Made by a program: the position numbers and the translations under genes
Source of the DNA: an uncultured bacterium
GTDB lineage: Bacteria; Babelota; Babeliae; Babelales; Babelaceae
DNA: 64,000 nt
Direction of reading: 5' to 3'
NCBI GenBank assembly: GCA_963819815.1
Contig: CAWFXL010000001.1
Span: 256,001 to 320,000 of the forward strand
In this document: positions 28,671 through 39,864 of the stretch, piece after piece
Numbering within the stretch: the first letter of the stretch is position 1
Layout of the letters: each line of letters begins with the position of its first letter
The notes under the pieces: generated by a model
Databases searched by the model: none
Told to the model about the DNA's origin: nothing
What the model saw: only the letters and a program-made list of their open reading frames with translations

Positions 28671-29792
28671 CTAGTATCCATTTTCAAGTAGGGCAATATA
28701 GGGATCGAAACGATAGAGCTTATCACGCTTTTGCTTCGTGACCTCTTGCAAGAAACCTAGGGCGACAAACTGGAGAATTATTTTGGAGGATGTATTGTAG
28801 GTCTTATTAAGATGCTTACTCAGTTCTCGAATGTTAACGATCGGCATCTGAAACATGAGATCTAAAGCCTGATAAGGAGCTTCACCCATTTTACCTAAGA
28901 TGCTATCATTTCGTATGAGCTGTTGGATTTCTTCTTCAAGTGCTTGAATCTGCTTTATGCGCTTAAAGGCATCAAGACTACTATCTCTTATTGCTTTGAG
29001 ATAATAGGCTAACCAGCCTTCAAAGTCTCCAACAGTACGCACTGCATTTAATCTCATATAATATTCAGAATGGTGCTTCTTAAAATAGTATGAGGGATAG
29101 AGGGCTGGAATAGATAAGAGTTCGTTCTTAATAAGCATAAGTACAATAAGCATTCTTCCAATCCTACCATTGCCATCAAGAAAGGGGTGTATCGTCTCAA
29201 ATTGTACGTGCGCAAGCCCCGATTTAATAAGTGGTGGATAGTCATCTGAGCGATTAATATAACTTTCAAACTCGCCCATGAGATCGGGTACCTGAGATGC
29301 GGGGGGAGGAACCAACTCTCCTACACGAACAGCCTGTTTTCTGAAATTCCCCGGGTTACTATGATCTTCTCCACAGAGCGTCATCAGTGCCTTATGGGCA
29401 CCCAAGATCACTCTATTTGCGATAGGCAATCCTTCCTTAGTGATCATAGCCAAAGAGATATCGAGTGCATTTGTATAATTTAAAACAAGCTCAGTTTCCT
29501 TATTAGGCTTAGAATCGACCAAGGTTTGTGAATAGACATCAAATAAGGTGGTATGTATCCCCTCAATCGCAGAAGATAAAAGGGCCTCTTTTATGACGTA
29601 TGCTTTGATAAAGCGCTGGGGATCGGGCAGCTGTGCAGCGAGTGCATTCAATTGCCCAAGCTGGAAGCTGGCTTCGCCATATAGCATCGTAAGTTCCTGA
29701 GTTAACTGTAAAGGAGGGTTCTGCGGTGGCAGTGGATGCGGAATAAAATGTTCAATGTCGCCAATCTTCAGATACGTGCCAGTAACGCGCAT
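28671..29792 (-). CDS. Fic family protein with N-terminal inhibitory helix
   Basis: HPFLDGNGRIGR catalytic motif; SSAIEG inhibitory motif; C-terminal HTH-like region. Confidence 0.92.
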   Translation of the reverse strand: MRVTGTYLKIGDIEHFIPHPLPPQNPPLQLTQELTMLYGEASFQLGQLNALAAQLPDPQRFIKAYVIKEALLSSAIEGIHTTLFDVYSQTLVDSKPNKETELVLNYTNALDISLAMITKEGLPIANRVILGAHKALMTLCGEDHSNPGNFRKQAVRVGELVPPPASQVPDLMGEFESYINRSDDYPPLIKSGLAHVQFETIHPFLDGNGRIGRMLIVLMLIKNELLSIPALYPSYYFKKHHSEYYMRLNAVRTVGDFEGWLAYYLKAIRDSSLDAFKRIKQIQALEEEIQQLIRNDSILGKMGEAPYQALDLMFQMPIVNIRELSKHLNKTYNTSSKIILQFVALGFLQEVTKQKRDKLYRFDPYIALLENGY

Positions 29793-29983
29793 GGGATTCC
29801 TTGTAAGCTTTGTAAGTATCGGGGAAAGCATAGTGCAGATTTGCTTTAATTTCAAGGAAGGGTTGTTTTTTAAAATAATAATAGAATAGAGGGAAAAGCT
29901 AGAGCGCAAAGGCCAGAAAAGACAAAGGGAAGCTGATCCTGAGGGGCTATGTAGAATTTTGGGAAGAAAAAGTTATCGGCACC

Positions 29984-30146
29984 GTATTTCAAAAATTTGA
30001 TGATTGTTGAAATACTCTTGAGGGAGCATAGGCCTTATTTCAATCTTATGAAATAGCACCTTGAAGCAGTGTTGGTTATTTCAAAAAGTTGCCGGTCTTT
30101 GAAGTAACCAACACTGCGGCTTTCAGTTATTTCAGGATATGAAATA
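29984..30146. repeat. Four TATTTCA-Nx-TGAA(A/G)TA inverted repeats arranged as two ~92-bp units
   Basis: Left half-sites at 29985, 30036, 30077, 30128; spacers 16, 6, 16, 5. Confidence 0.75.
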
Positions 30147-30444
30147 TACGAAATGCTCTCAAAAGTTTATTCTATCGCATAAATTAGACAAAAGATGGAA
30201 AAAACAAGAAGTACGATTACCTATGAAGTTGAAATTTTTGATCTTAGTGTCGCTATAATACTTTTTTAACAATTGGATGGGACACTAGGCGTTTTTAACA
30301 GCACAATGCTACTGTTTCTGAGCCCTATTAGATAATCGTTTAGGTAAATGGAGCAAAAGATGAAACGCTTTTTGTTTATTTTTTTGGCTATTTATTGTAT
30401 GCTAAATAAGGTATTGACAATCCCAAGCAAAAGAAAGGATAACA

Positions 30445-30690
30445 ATGGCAACTACAATCAGACTTGATGACGCTACAATCGAAATTTTGAGACAACTTGA
30501 GCAACAATTGGGAATGTCTAAGAAGAATATTCTAAGAGATGCACTTGATAAGTACCAAAGAGATAAGTATATAGATGACCTTAATGCTTATTATAAAGCG
30601 CTACAAGATGATCCTACTCTTTGGGCGAAAGAGCTTGCAGAACGTGAAATTTGGGAGAGCGCATCTAATGATGGTCTGGAGGATCTATGA
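30445..30690 (+). CDS. Antitoxin, ribbon-helix-helix type
   Basis: TTIRLD...L..L......SK..IL.DAL; acidic tail DGLEDL; overlaps the toxin start. Confidence 0.8.
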   Translation: MATTIRLDDATIEILRQLEQQLGMSKKNILRDALDKYQRDKYIDDLNAYYKALQDDPTLWAKELAEREIWESASNDGLEDL

Positions 30691-31031
30691 ATAGCAGGCC
30701 ACAACGTGGGGAAGTTTGGTTTGCAGATTTTGACCCATCTCATGGTCGCGAAGTGACAAAAACTCGACCATGTATTATTCTCTCCATCAATAAGTTTAAT
30801 AATGGGTACTCAAATCTTGTGATTGCTGTTCCTCTTACAAGTAAAGAGAAACATCAATCACCTATCGCCATAATGCCACCAGAAGGAGGCTTGTCCGTAC
30901 CATCTTATGTTTTATGCGAACAAATTAGAGCCTTATCACTGAGTCGTTTTTCAAGAAAGCCTCTGGGTAGTGTCAATGAAAACACGCTGTTTGCTATTGA
31001 AAAGGCCATAGCTAATCTTTTAGGGTTTTAA
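30687..31031 (+). CDS. mazF: PemK/MazF family toxin
   Basis: RGEVWFADFDPSHGRE..KTRP..ILS...FN; VPLTS; CEQIRALS..R. Confidence 0.9.
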   Translation: MNSRPQRGEVWFADFDPSHGREVTKTRPCIILSINKFNNGYSNLVIAVPLTSKEKHQSPIAIMPPEGGLSVPSYVLCEQIRALSLSRFSRKPLGSVNENTLFAIEKAIANLLGF

Positions 31032-31100
31032 GCGTATTCAAAACAACTTTCTATTCAATTAAATTAGAATCGGAAGTTTTTACTTTGCCCATAAATCCAA

Positions 31101-31162
31101 AATCTATCATTGTTTTAGTGATAAGAATATGATAATCTATCACTCATTGAGTGATAAGAATA
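31101..31162. promoter_or_regulatory. Tandem operator-like palindromes TATCA-N8-TGATA, 33-bp period
   Basis: aatctatcattgttttagtgataagaata and aatctatcactcattgagtgataagaata. Confidence 0.7.
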
Positions 31163-31183
31163 ACTGGTTAAAAGAAAAGGCTT

Positions 31184-32452
31184 GTGGTAATGACTTATTT
31201 ATCAATTCTACAACGCTTATTGAGTGAGTTTTATACGAAATTGGATCATCTTGACGATATGGTGATCCGAGATGCGGTATTTCCTGAAGCGCCCAACAAA
31301 ATTAAAGTTGCCATAGGCATGAGGCGCGTGGGGAAAACCTATTTTCTTTATCAACACATCAAGAAACTCTTAGATACAGGAGTTGACAGAAAGAGCATCC
31401 TCTTCATAAATTTCGAGGATGATCGACTCCTGCCCATGGATCATCAAAAATTGGCAGCGCTCATAGAGGCTTTCTATTCACTCTATCCTGAAAACCATGA
31501 ACGGAAATGTTATCTTTTCCTTGATGAAATCCAAAATGTGGATAATTGGCCACTAGTCATACGGCGTTTCCATGATACCCTCAAGGTGGAGATATTCTTA
31601 ACTGGTTCGTCAGCAAAACTTTTAAGTAAAGAAATAGCAACTAATTTGCGTGGGAGATCACTCGCTGTTGAAATTTGGCCGTATAGCTTTAACGAGTATA
31701 AGCGGTCAAAGAAATTCACAATAGATACAGACTTATATGATAAAAGAAGCGAAGACAAGCTCAAGCAGCTTTTTCATAGCTATTTATCTGAGGGTGGATT
31801 TCCTGAGGTTACCACCTATGCGCCTGATGTGCGCCAACAAACCCTTCAAGATTACCTGGATATAGTTATATACAGAGACATAATAGAGCGCCATAAGGTT
31901 GCAAATCCGAGTATTATTAAGCACATGATTCTGTCGATGATTCATAACGTAGGCAACCCGTTTACCATTAATAAGTTTTACCATGCGCTTCAAAGTCAAG
32001 GGTATCAAACTGGAAAAGACATTCTTTATGAGTATGCGGAGCATATAGAAGATGCCTATCTTTCTTTTTTGGTCGATATACATGATAGATCGATACGTAA
32101 GGTTCGTGCTAACCCGAAAAAAATATATGCAATAGATCCAGGATTAGTGAGATCCCTTGTGCTTAATTTCAATAGAGATATGGGAAGACTCTTTGAAAAT
32201 GTTATCTTTCTTGATTTGAAGCGGCTTGGATGTACTATAAGCTATTATTTTACGTCAAAACGCAACGAAATAGATTTTGTGGTGGAAACTCCACGAGGGG
32301 ATAAAAAATGCTTGCAGGTAGTGTGGGAGCAAGACCATACACTAACTTTTGAACGAGAACAGCGGGCACTTGAAGAAGGCATGAAAGAATTACACGTTGA
32401 GGGTGAAATAATAACACTCGATTCATACCTTGAAAAGGGATTACCTCTTTAG
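31184..32452 (+). CDS. AAA_14 / DUF4143 ATP-binding protein
   Basis: GMRRVGKT, INFEDDRL, FLDEIQ, TGSSAKLLS, GGFPE, KIYAIDPG, EIDFVV...QV. Confidence 0.9.
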   Translation: MVMTYLSILQRLLSEFYTKLDHLDDMVIRDAVFPEAPNKIKVAIGMRRVGKTYFLYQHIKKLLDTGVDRKSILFINFEDDRLLPMDHQKLAALIEAFYSLYPENHERKCYLFLDEIQNVDNWPLVIRRFHDTLKVEIFLTGSSAKLLSKEIATNLRGRSLAVEIWPYSFNEYKRSKKFTIDTDLYDKRSEDKLKQLFHSYLSEGGFPEVTTYAPDVRQQTLQDYLDIVIYRDIIERHKVANPSIIKHMILSMIHNVGNPFTINKFYHALQSQGYQTGKDILYEYAEHIEDAYLSFLVDIHDRSIRKVRANPKKIYAIDPGLVRSLVLNFNRDMGRLFENVIFLDLKRLGCTISYYFTSKRNEIDFVVETPRGDKKCLQVVWEQDHTLTFEREQRALEEGMKELHVEGEIITLDSYLEKGLPL

Positions 32453-32576
32453 CCCGGAAACTTCCCGATTATTCAGTGCCGTATTCATAACACAAGATCA
32501 TTTCCTTATTCTCAAAGAACGGGATTTAAGGTATACTTCACAAGTAAGTTTATATTGATTTACCAAAGGTGCACCG

Positions 32577-33044
32577 ATGAAAATGTTACGCGTATTCTTA
32601 TTACAAGATGTCGAGAATGTTGGTATGGCTGGCGAGATTATTAAAGCGGCTGAAGGGTTTGCTCGAAACTATCTGATACCCAGAAAACTAGGCCAAGAAG
32701 TAACGATGAAAAATGAAGCTTCGTTTGCTCACCGTGTAAAAACGATTGAAAAGCGTGAAGAAGTGGTTGCTACAAAGACCTCTATGCTTGCAGAAAAAAT
32801 TAAAGGCGTACAGTTGGTACTCAAGCGTAAAGTCCATGATGATGATCAACTCTATGGCTCGATAAGTCCTCGTGAAATTGTTGATGAGCTTTCTGCTCAG
32901 CAAAATATCACCATTTCAAATAGCCAGGTGATTATCGATAAAGCCATTAAGACTAAAGGCCTGCATACGGTTATCATTAAGTTATCCTCTAAATTGCAGC
33001 CAACGCTTAAAATAAAAATTGTTCCTGAAGCTACTACTGCGTAA
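32577..33044 (+). CDS. rplI: 50S ribosomal protein L9
   Basis: V.LLQDVENVG..G.I....GFARNYLIP; LYGSI. Confidence 0.95.
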   Translation: MKMLRVFLLQDVENVGMAGEIIKAAEGFARNYLIPRKLGQEVTMKNEASFAHRVKTIEKREEVVATKTSMLAEKIKGVQLVLKRKVHDDDQLYGSISPREIVDELSAQQNITISNSQVIIDKAIKTKGLHTVIIKLSSKLQPTLKIKIVPEATTA

Positions 33045-33046
33045 CT

Positions 33047-34411
33047 ATGCAAAAAACTGGTACTCAAAAAAAACAGAAGAGTGGACTTGCCGAGCGTGTG
33101 CTTGGCAGGACACTTCCTTTTAGTATAGAAGCAGAACGAGCAGTACTTGGCTCTTTGCTGCTTCATGATGGCTACTTTGCTGCCATCGCGGATGTACTGG
33201 TTCCCCAGGATTTTTATAGCTTAGCTCATCAGACTCTGTATAAGAGTATGCATGAAGTAGTCGCACGCAGAGAGCGACTTGATATGATTACGCTGCAAGA
33301 TGAGCTTGAAAAAAAAGATGTGCTTACTCAGATCGGTGGGATCTCCTATCTTCTATCGTTACAAGAAGATATTGCCTCAGTAGGGCTCATTGAACAGCAT
33401 GCAAAGATTATCAAGGAAAAAGCGGTACTACGTGAGCTCATTCAGTCAGCTACCGATATCATTACCAACTGCTATGCGCAGGATGATAAAGAAATAGAGA
33501 CCGTCCTTGATGAAGCTGAGCAGACGATCTTTAGAATATCTCAAAAGCGGGCACAGCAGAGCTTTGTTAAAATCGATGTCTGCCTTAAAAAAACCTTTGA
33601 GCATCTTTCTAATATACAGTCGCACGATAAAACGATTACCGGTGTAGCAACCGGTTATAAGAAGCTTGATGAGATGACTAACGGGTTCCAACCAAGCGAC
33701 TTTGTGGTACTTGCTGCTCGGCCATCGATGGGTAAGACTGCACTTGCCATGTGTATTGCTCGACATGCAGCTGCCCAGAATCTCTCAGTAGGATTCTTCT
33801 CACTTGAGATGTCTGCAGAGCAGCTCACCTTGCGTCTGCTTTCAGCAGAGGCGGGTATTCCCCATCAAAAGATTCGTAATGCGAATATCAGCTCTGAAGA
33901 GTGGGTAGAACTTACCTACGTAGCTGCGCGGTTCGGTGCTATGAAGATGTTTATTGATGATACCGCCATGCAAACTATTATGGATATCCGCACTAAGGCG
34001 CGCAAACTCAAGGCGGAGCAAAATCTTGATATGCTTGTTATTGACTATCTCCAGCTCCTGCATGGTCACCGCCAATATGAAAATAGGCACCAGGAAGTAT
34101 CAGATATTTCACGGTCGTTAAAAGCGTTAGCCAAAGAGCTTAATATTCCGATTGTAGCCTTATCGCAGCTTTCTCGAGCCGTTGATAGTCGTGTTGATAG
34201 AAGACCGATGCTTTCCGATCTTCGGGAATCGGGAGCTATTGAGCAGGATGCTGATCTTATTATGTTCTTATATCGTGATGTAGTGTACAACCCCGACACA
34301 GAAAATCCTGCGCTTGCTGAGCTTATTCTTGGTAAGCATCGTAATGGTCCGACGGGCACCATGTACCTGCATTTCCAGAACAATCTGACACTCTTTCAAG
34401 ATATGGACTGA
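33047..34411 (+). CDS. dnaB: Replicative DNA helicase
   Basis: EAERAVLG, AARPSMGKT, FSLEM, IDYLQL, LSQLSR, SDLRESGAIEQDAD, KHRNGPTG. Confidence 0.97.
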   Translation: MQKTGTQKKQKSGLAERVLGRTLPFSIEAERAVLGSLLLHDGYFAAIADVLVPQDFYSLAHQTLYKSMHEVVARRERLDMITLQDELEKKDVLTQIGGISYLLSLQEDIASVGLIEQHAKIIKEKAVLRELIQSATDIITNCYAQDDKEIETVLDEAEQTIFRISQKRAQQSFVKIDVCLKKTFEHLSNIQSHDKTITGVATGYKKLDEMTNGFQPSDFVVLAARPSMGKTALAMCIARHAAAQNLSVGFFSLEMSAEQLTLRLLSAEAGIPHQKIRNANISSEEWVELTYVAARFGAMKMFIDDTAMQTIMDIRTKARKLKAEQNLDMLVIDYLQLLHGHRQYENRHQEVSDISRSLKALAKELNIPIVALSQLSRAVDSRVDRRPMLSDLRESGAIEQDADLIMFLYRDVVYNPDTENPALAELILGKHRNGPTGTMYLHFQNNLTLFQDMD

Positions 34412-34413
34412 GT

Positions 34414-34893
34414 ATGATTATCCTTGGCATAGATCCGGGTTTATCTATAACTGGATATGCGATCATGAAGAAAGAGAAGCAGAAAACCGAAGTCTTAGAT
34501 TACGGAGCAGTCTGTTTTAAGAGTAAAAGTTCGTTAGAAAGTCGTATCGGCACCTTTTATGCTACTTTCCGTGAAAAAATTATCACAGCTCAGGTAACAA
34601 ACATTGCCTTGGAAACACCATTCCTTGGAAAGAATCCCCAAAACTTCCTAAAGTTAGGGTACATAAGGGGCATAGTCTATCTTCTTGCCGATCAGCATGG
34701 TATTGCGATTGAAGAGTTTGCTCCTCGAACCATTAAGCTGGCACTTACCGGATCAGGATCTGCTCAAAAAGAACAGGTCGCTCGGGTTATTACACGACTC
34801 TTTAAAGGAATTGAAACCCCTAAAACCTATGATGTTACCGATGCTTTGGCAGTGACGCTCTGCGGCATCTGGAAAAGCCCTCTTAGTAAGTGA
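34414..34893 (+). CDS. ruvC: Holliday junction resolvase
   Basis: ILGIDPG, ALE, IK.ALTGSG.A.KEQV, D.TDALAV. Confidence 0.93.
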   Translation: MIILGIDPGLSITGYAIMKKEKQKTEVLDYGAVCFKSKSSLESRIGTFYATFREKIITAQVTNIALETPFLGKNPQNFLKLGYIRGIVYLLADQHGIAIEEFAPRTIKLALTGSGSAQKEQVARVITRLFKGIETPKTYDVTDALAVTLCGIWKSPLSK

Positions 34894-35005
34894 TACCCTC
34901 ATCTTGTGAAAAAACCGAGTAGATTCCTTGCCCAACTCTTGCAATTTAGCGGGGTACTTTTTATAGTACAAGATATGTGAGTAGAAAAAGAATGGAAGGA
35001 GAGCC

Positions 35006-35491
35006 ATGAAGCAGAGACTCGATATTAGTAACCTCAGAAATCTTACGCGTACCCGCAGAAAAACCGGTACAACCTTAGTAGAACAGACTATTATAAACGT
35101 TCAGCAGTACTTTCTTACGCCTGGTGTTCATTGCATTACCATTGCGACCCATGAGCAAGGAAGAAGCCTCTTGCGCGTATGTCTCGATTCCCTGGAAATC
35201 TATACCAATGTCGGTATTGTAACGGTTACCACAAAAAAAGCTCCTGCGCACTATCGTGACATGTACGAAGAGCTCGAGCATGCTCAAGCTCTCTGTTTAG
35301 GAGACGGTCGCCTAGAAGAGTTTATGTTGAGCTCTTTTCAATGTGACTTCTTAGTTCTTGAATATACTCAAGAGCTCCTTGAACAGCCCTGGTTTGGTCG
35401 TTTTGAGCAGCTCTTATCGGAATATTCTGTCGCTAAATCAATTCCGGTCATTATGTTTCTCTATGATGACCAGCAGGTCACGAGAAATTAA
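35006..35491 (+). CDS. Hypothetical protein
   Basis: AAGGAG RBS, 161-aa ORF. Confidence 0.7.
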   Translation: MKQRLDISNLRNLTRTRRKTGTTLVEQTIINVQQYFLTPGVHCITIATHEQGRSLLRVCLDSLEIYTNVGIVTVTTKKAPAHYRDMYEELEHAQALCLGDGRLEEFMLSSFQCDFLVLEYTQELLEQPWFGRFEQLLSEYSVAKSIPVIMFLYDDQQVTRN

Positions 35492-35625
35492 TCCACGTTT
35501 TAGGTGGAGCAGTAGTTCTCTCAGACAGCTCAGGCTGCTGAGCAGGTATACTCGATGTGTCTGTTTGGCATCATGGTGTAACCTGTGCTATCCTGAGATA
35601 CTGGCTTTTAAGAAAGGACGATCTT

Positions 35626-36895
35626 ATGCTGAATAGAGGCTATCTCATCGGGGTGCTTACTCTGTATGCAGGTTTCAATCATCTATCATGCCTAGAAGGC
35701 TCGGGTTCATATTTTGGGCAGGAAGGTGCGGTCATTATTACGGTTCCGATTGCCGATTGTCTGCTTACGGCAGCCCAGGATATTGACACATCTCTACCAG
35801 GTGAGAGCTCCGGTGAAGGAATAGAAGATTTTTATGCGCACCTTGCTTTTTCAGCTGACTCGGGACCCAATTCATGTCCGCGTGTGCATCAGTGCCTCTA
35901 CCACGAGGCAGGGATAGTCAGGGAAGAAAAGGGTGAAGAGCTTCTCATTGAATTTCCTCACTTTTATTATTATGAGGCAGGAGTAGCACGATCAAATTTC
36001 TGGGTGCACAAAGACTCTGTTCGACCTATCAAGGATGTACCGTCTTCTTTGCTAAGGTACATTCCAGAGCCTTATATCGCCAAAAAAAGTATCCAAGCAG
36101 TGCATGACGTTCTTACGTGCTTTTACCCTGGCAAGATCCCGTAACGTCCATCTGGTATTCTCCAGGTACTCGTTTTGTGCGCAATAGAGCAGCTGACACT
36201 GATTTGCACTACGGAATCTTTGTTGTTGACCATGACAATGACTACAGTACACTCTGCCCTTGTTCATCATAATGATGCTATGATAGATACCCCAAGGACG
36301 CTTGAGCAAACAAAAAAGCTTTTTGTGAGCATACTTCGGATGTGGGTATCGGATGCACAAGGAGTTATTCCCTATGTCTTTGGAGGCTGTAGCTATATAC
36401 AGCGGTCTTCAGCCAAATGACTTTTATAGATGGGAAGGAAAGCGTGGAGATGATCTGATAAGTAATTGGCAAAGACGATGCCCACGTGGAGTACAGAGCG
36501 GTTTTGATTGCTCAGGTCTTATCTTACGAGCGGCCCAGCTTGCTGGGATAACCTACTGGTGCAAAAATACGACAACTATAGGACTGACCTTTAAAGATAT
36601 ACCTCAACAAGAGTCTTTAGAAGAGGGTGATCTTATACTTATTAAAGGGCATGTCATGATTATAAGTGACATTAAAAGAAATCTCTTTATCGATGCGGCA
36701 AGTTATGCAAGTGGCTTTGGGTGCCTTCACGAAGCATCTCTTTCAGATATGTTTGTTGAAGTGGCTACCTATGACGAGTTGCGCAAATATGCCTATGCAA
36801 ACCAGCCTCTCTCGAGGAAACATGCTAATGGCGAACCCTATACAGTTACTCCAACAGTGAGAGTGGTCCGGTTAACCGATCAAGATCAGGCTTAA
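35626..36895 (+). CDS. Exported NlpC/P60 family peptidase (several frameshifts between 36120 and 36420)
   Basis: IPYVFGG, GFDCSGLI, EGDLI...GHV split across three listed ORFs. Confidence 0.75.
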
Positions 36896-37046
36896 GCCTA
36901 GAGAATGCTCTGGGCGATTCAATGGTAGTTCCTGAGATCATAGTCTCCCACCACGAAGATTTTATCGTAAAAGTTGGGTGGCCTTCATTCTCTAAGTATC
37001 TATGACAGGCTTATCTCATAACATCCGATATTTTAAGAACAAGCTA

Positions 37047-37075
37047 TTGACCGACGGTCGGTCATTGGGTATACT
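37047..37075 (+). promoter_or_regulatory. Sigma70-type promoter with overlapping TetR operator
   Basis: TTGACC-N17-TATACT; perfect palindrome TGACCGAC-G-GTCGGTCA at 37048-37064. Confidence 0.8.
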
Positions 37076-37112
37076 GTACTTCATATAGTAGAGAATGTAC
37101 TTATGAGGAACT

Positions 37113-37736
37113 ATGATCAGAATAGTAAAAAAACCGGAAATACGTAGGGGCGAGATAGTTGCTGCTGCACGTCATCTTTTCCTTACAAAGGAGTATGACG
37201 TAGTAACTATGCAAAATATTATGGAATCTGTAGGCATAGCAAAAGGGACGATCTATCATTATTTCAAGTCTAAGGAAGAGCTCCTTGAGGCTGTGGTGGA
37301 AGATATCATCAATGAAGATTACGTGCGCAAGGAGCTTTTACTGAAAGATCTTAAAGGTACTGCTCTTGAAAAAATTCGTGCACTAACACAGATGGATAGC
37401 TTAGCTGTGCGCTATGATGCCCTGCTTGACCAACTCCATCAACCAGGAAATGCTGGCTTGCATGCACGATTGTTGGCAGTAGCCCTCATAAGAGAATCAA
37501 AGCTCTATGGTGAGTTGATTCACCAAGGATGCAAAGAGAAGCTTTTTTATACAGATTTCCCTCACGAATCTGCGGAATTTTTACTCACGGCAGTTCAATT
37601 TTTGACCGATAGGGGAATTTATCCGTGGACAAACGAGGATCTGGAACGCCGAGCACAAGCATTTCCTGCAATGATTGAGGCTCTTTTGAAAGCACCGCAG
37701 GGCTCCTTTACCTTCTTGCTCAAACGATTAGGATAA
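37113..37736 (+). CDS. TetR/AcrR family regulator
   Basis: I..AA..LF...Y...T...I....GIAKGTIYHYFKSKEELL. Confidence 0.93.
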   Translation: MIRIVKKPEIRRGEIVAAARHLFLTKEYDVVTMQNIMESVGIAKGTIYHYFKSKEELLEAVVEDIINEDYVRKELLLKDLKGTALEKIRALTQMDSLAVRYDALLDQLHQPGNAGLHARLLAVALIRESKLYGELIHQGCKEKLFYTDFPHESAEFLLTAVQFLTDRGIYPWTNEDLERRAQAFPAMIEALLKAPQGSFTFLLKRLG

Positions 37737-37738
37737 TC

Positions 37739-38560
37739 ATGTATCACTATACCTATAAGCCCGTACAATTTTTTTTGATCGTTTTCTTGATCACGTGGAT
37801 CTTTGGATTTGCTGCTGCATATTTCAGTTACCAGGTAGGGAAAGAGAAGATTATTACTTTATGCCTCATGCTAGGTCTCCTTGCGCCCATCAGTGCGCTG
37901 AGTATCATGCTCATGAGTTCTCGTAATCAAGCACTCATGAACGACTTCTGGAATCGTCTCTCACTGCCGAGCCTAAACACAAGCTTCACATTATCACTTT
38001 GTATCATGCCGATTGTCCTTATACTTGCTACAAGCATCTCACTACTATGTGGGTATTCAGCAGATCAGTTTTCTTTCTCCAAAGAGCTTAACGTTTTACA
38101 AGGACAAGGCTTGTTGAGTTTCTGTATTCTTCTCTTAGCTCCAACGTTAGAGGAAATAGGCTGGAGAGGCTATGGCGTAGATAGTCTTCATAGCTATTAC
38201 ACAATATTTATAGCAACGATCATACTTGCGGGTCTACTGGCCCTCTGGCATCTGCCACTTTTTTTTATTAAGGGGTACTACCAATACCAACTGTGGCATA
38301 CGAACACACTCTATGCTCTTAATTTTTTCGTGAGCATAGTACCCGCTACGATCTTACTTAACTGGGTATATTATACGAATAATCGTAACATCATTGCGGT
38401 GATTATATTTCATTTTAACCTCAATCTTTTTTCAGTGCTCTGTAAAACAGAACAGTTTACAAAATGTATCCTAACCATGCTTCTATGCATCATTTCACTC
38501 ATCGTTATTCTGTACAACAAAGAGCTCTTTTTTAATAAACAGTTTGGAGCAAACCTATAA
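37739..38560 (+). CDS. CPBP/Abi family intramembrane metalloprotease
   Basis: EEIGWRGY, LWHLP, FH...N; multiple TM helices. Confidence 0.9.
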   Translation: MYHYTYKPVQFFLIVFLITWIFGFAAAYFSYQVGKEKIITLCLMLGLLAPISALSIMLMSSRNQALMNDFWNRLSLPSLNTSFTLSLCIMPIVLILATSISLLCGYSADQFSFSKELNVLQGQGLLSFCILLLAPTLEEIGWRGYGVDSLHSYYTIFIATIILAGLLALWHLPLFFIKGYYQYQLWHTNTLYALNFFVSIVPATILLNWVYYTNNRNIIAVIIFHFNLNLFSVLCKTEQFTKCILTMLLCIISLIVILYNKELFFNKQFGANL

Positions 38561-38626
38561 AGGAACCTGACTATAAGCCTCGTATGGGAGCATCAACATC
38601 AGTAAACTTTTAGAAAGGAACACACA

Positions 38627-39259
38627 ATGTCTTTCAACTATCTCTTTTTTGGATTAGCCCTATGTGTCTTAATTTGGGTATCGTGGCGATTCGCATCGTA
38701 TCGTTGGGTAATTCCCTGTCCAGTTTGGCTACACTGGCTCTTAGAGTATGATAACCCGCTGACACGGGCTAATCAGACGAGCGTTATACTAAGTAATCTA
38801 GCTCTAGCTCCAGGCATGAATGTGCTGGATGCTGGCTGTGGTCCTGGACGACTTACGATCCCTCTAGCAAAAAAGATTGGCGTACAAGGGAAAGTAACTG
38901 CCCTGGACATTCAAGCAGGCATGCTACAGAAAGTCCAAGAAAAGGCTAGTAGGGAAGGTATACATACTATTCAGGTGCTTCAAGCAGGGCTTGGAGATGG
39001 TAAACTAGGCCACAATCAGTATGATCGAGCCTTACTGGTTACCGTATTAGGTGAGATTCCGCATCAAAAGGCTGCAATGCAGGAAATATTTGATGCTCTT
39101 AAACCTGGTGGTATAGTAGTAGTTACTGAAAGTATGTTCGATCCTCATTTCCAATCGCAGAGCACAGTACTTCGATTGGCTCAGGAGGTCGGTTTTCGCA
39201 AGAAAGGTGTTATGGGGAACCGTCTCGCCTACTCCATGCAACTTGAGAAACCGCACTGA
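38627..39259 (+). CDS. Class I SAM-dependent methyltransferase
   Basis: VLDAGCGPG, ALDIQ, LKPGG. Confidence 0.9.
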   Translation: MSFNYLFFGLALCVLIWVSWRFASYRWVIPCPVWLHWLLEYDNPLTRANQTSVILSNLALAPGMNVLDAGCGPGRLTIPLAKKIGVQGKVTALDIQAGMLQKVQEKASREGIHTIQVLQAGLGDGKLGHNQYDRALLVTVLGEIPHQKAAMQEIFDALKPGGIVVVTESMFDPHFQSQSTVLRLAQEVGFRKKGVMGNRLAYSMQLEKPH

Positions 39260-39397
39260 GTATAGGTTATTCTCTTATACAGGCAAGACCCAAGGCTGGA
39301 AAGTATTTATTGAAAATTATTGACAAATTGTTTCTATTTGTGTAGTATTGATATAAAGCATACAATTGATAAAAACCACGGTATGAAAGGAACTACC

Positions 39398-39823
39398 ATG
39401 AAACAGTTTATTCTAAAAGCTTTTATTATTCTTGCCCCTCTTTGCCTATCCGCTACACATCTTTCTGCGATGAATACGGCTGCAACGACGACGCCTCAAA
39501 GACCTTCTGAGGATCAGATAAATATAGCTATGGCTGCGGCGAAAAAGGGTGATATCAAAGGTCTTCAATATTTTGTTAATCGATTTCCTGATTTTTGGAG
39601 ATACCGAGATACCTTTGATAATGCAACCTTAACCCATAAGGCTGCAGGACATGGCCAGTTAGATGCACTTCGTTACTTACTTGGAGTTGATCATGAGGGT
39701 AGATCTCTCGAAGCCCAAAATGATGATTTCCTTCGCCCAATGGATATGGCAGTTCTCTACAATCGCCCAGCAGTTGTAGCTTATTTAACAAAATTCCAAA
39801 CACAGCATGGTATTCCTTTATAA
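39398..39823 (+). CDS. Small exported ankyrin-repeat protein
   Basis: Signal peptide; TLTHKAAGHGQLDALRYLL, RPMDMA. Confidence 0.8.
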   Translation: MKQFILKAFIILAPLCLSATHLSAMNTAATTTPQRPSEDQINIAMAAAKKGDIKGLQYFVNRFPDFWRYRDTFDNATLTHKAAGHGQLDALRYLLGVDHEGRSLEAQNDDFLRPMDMAVLYNRPAVVAYLTKFQTQHGIPL

Positions 39824-39864
39824 GAAGTGCCTGATACACACAAGAAAAAGCCATTATAATCCTG

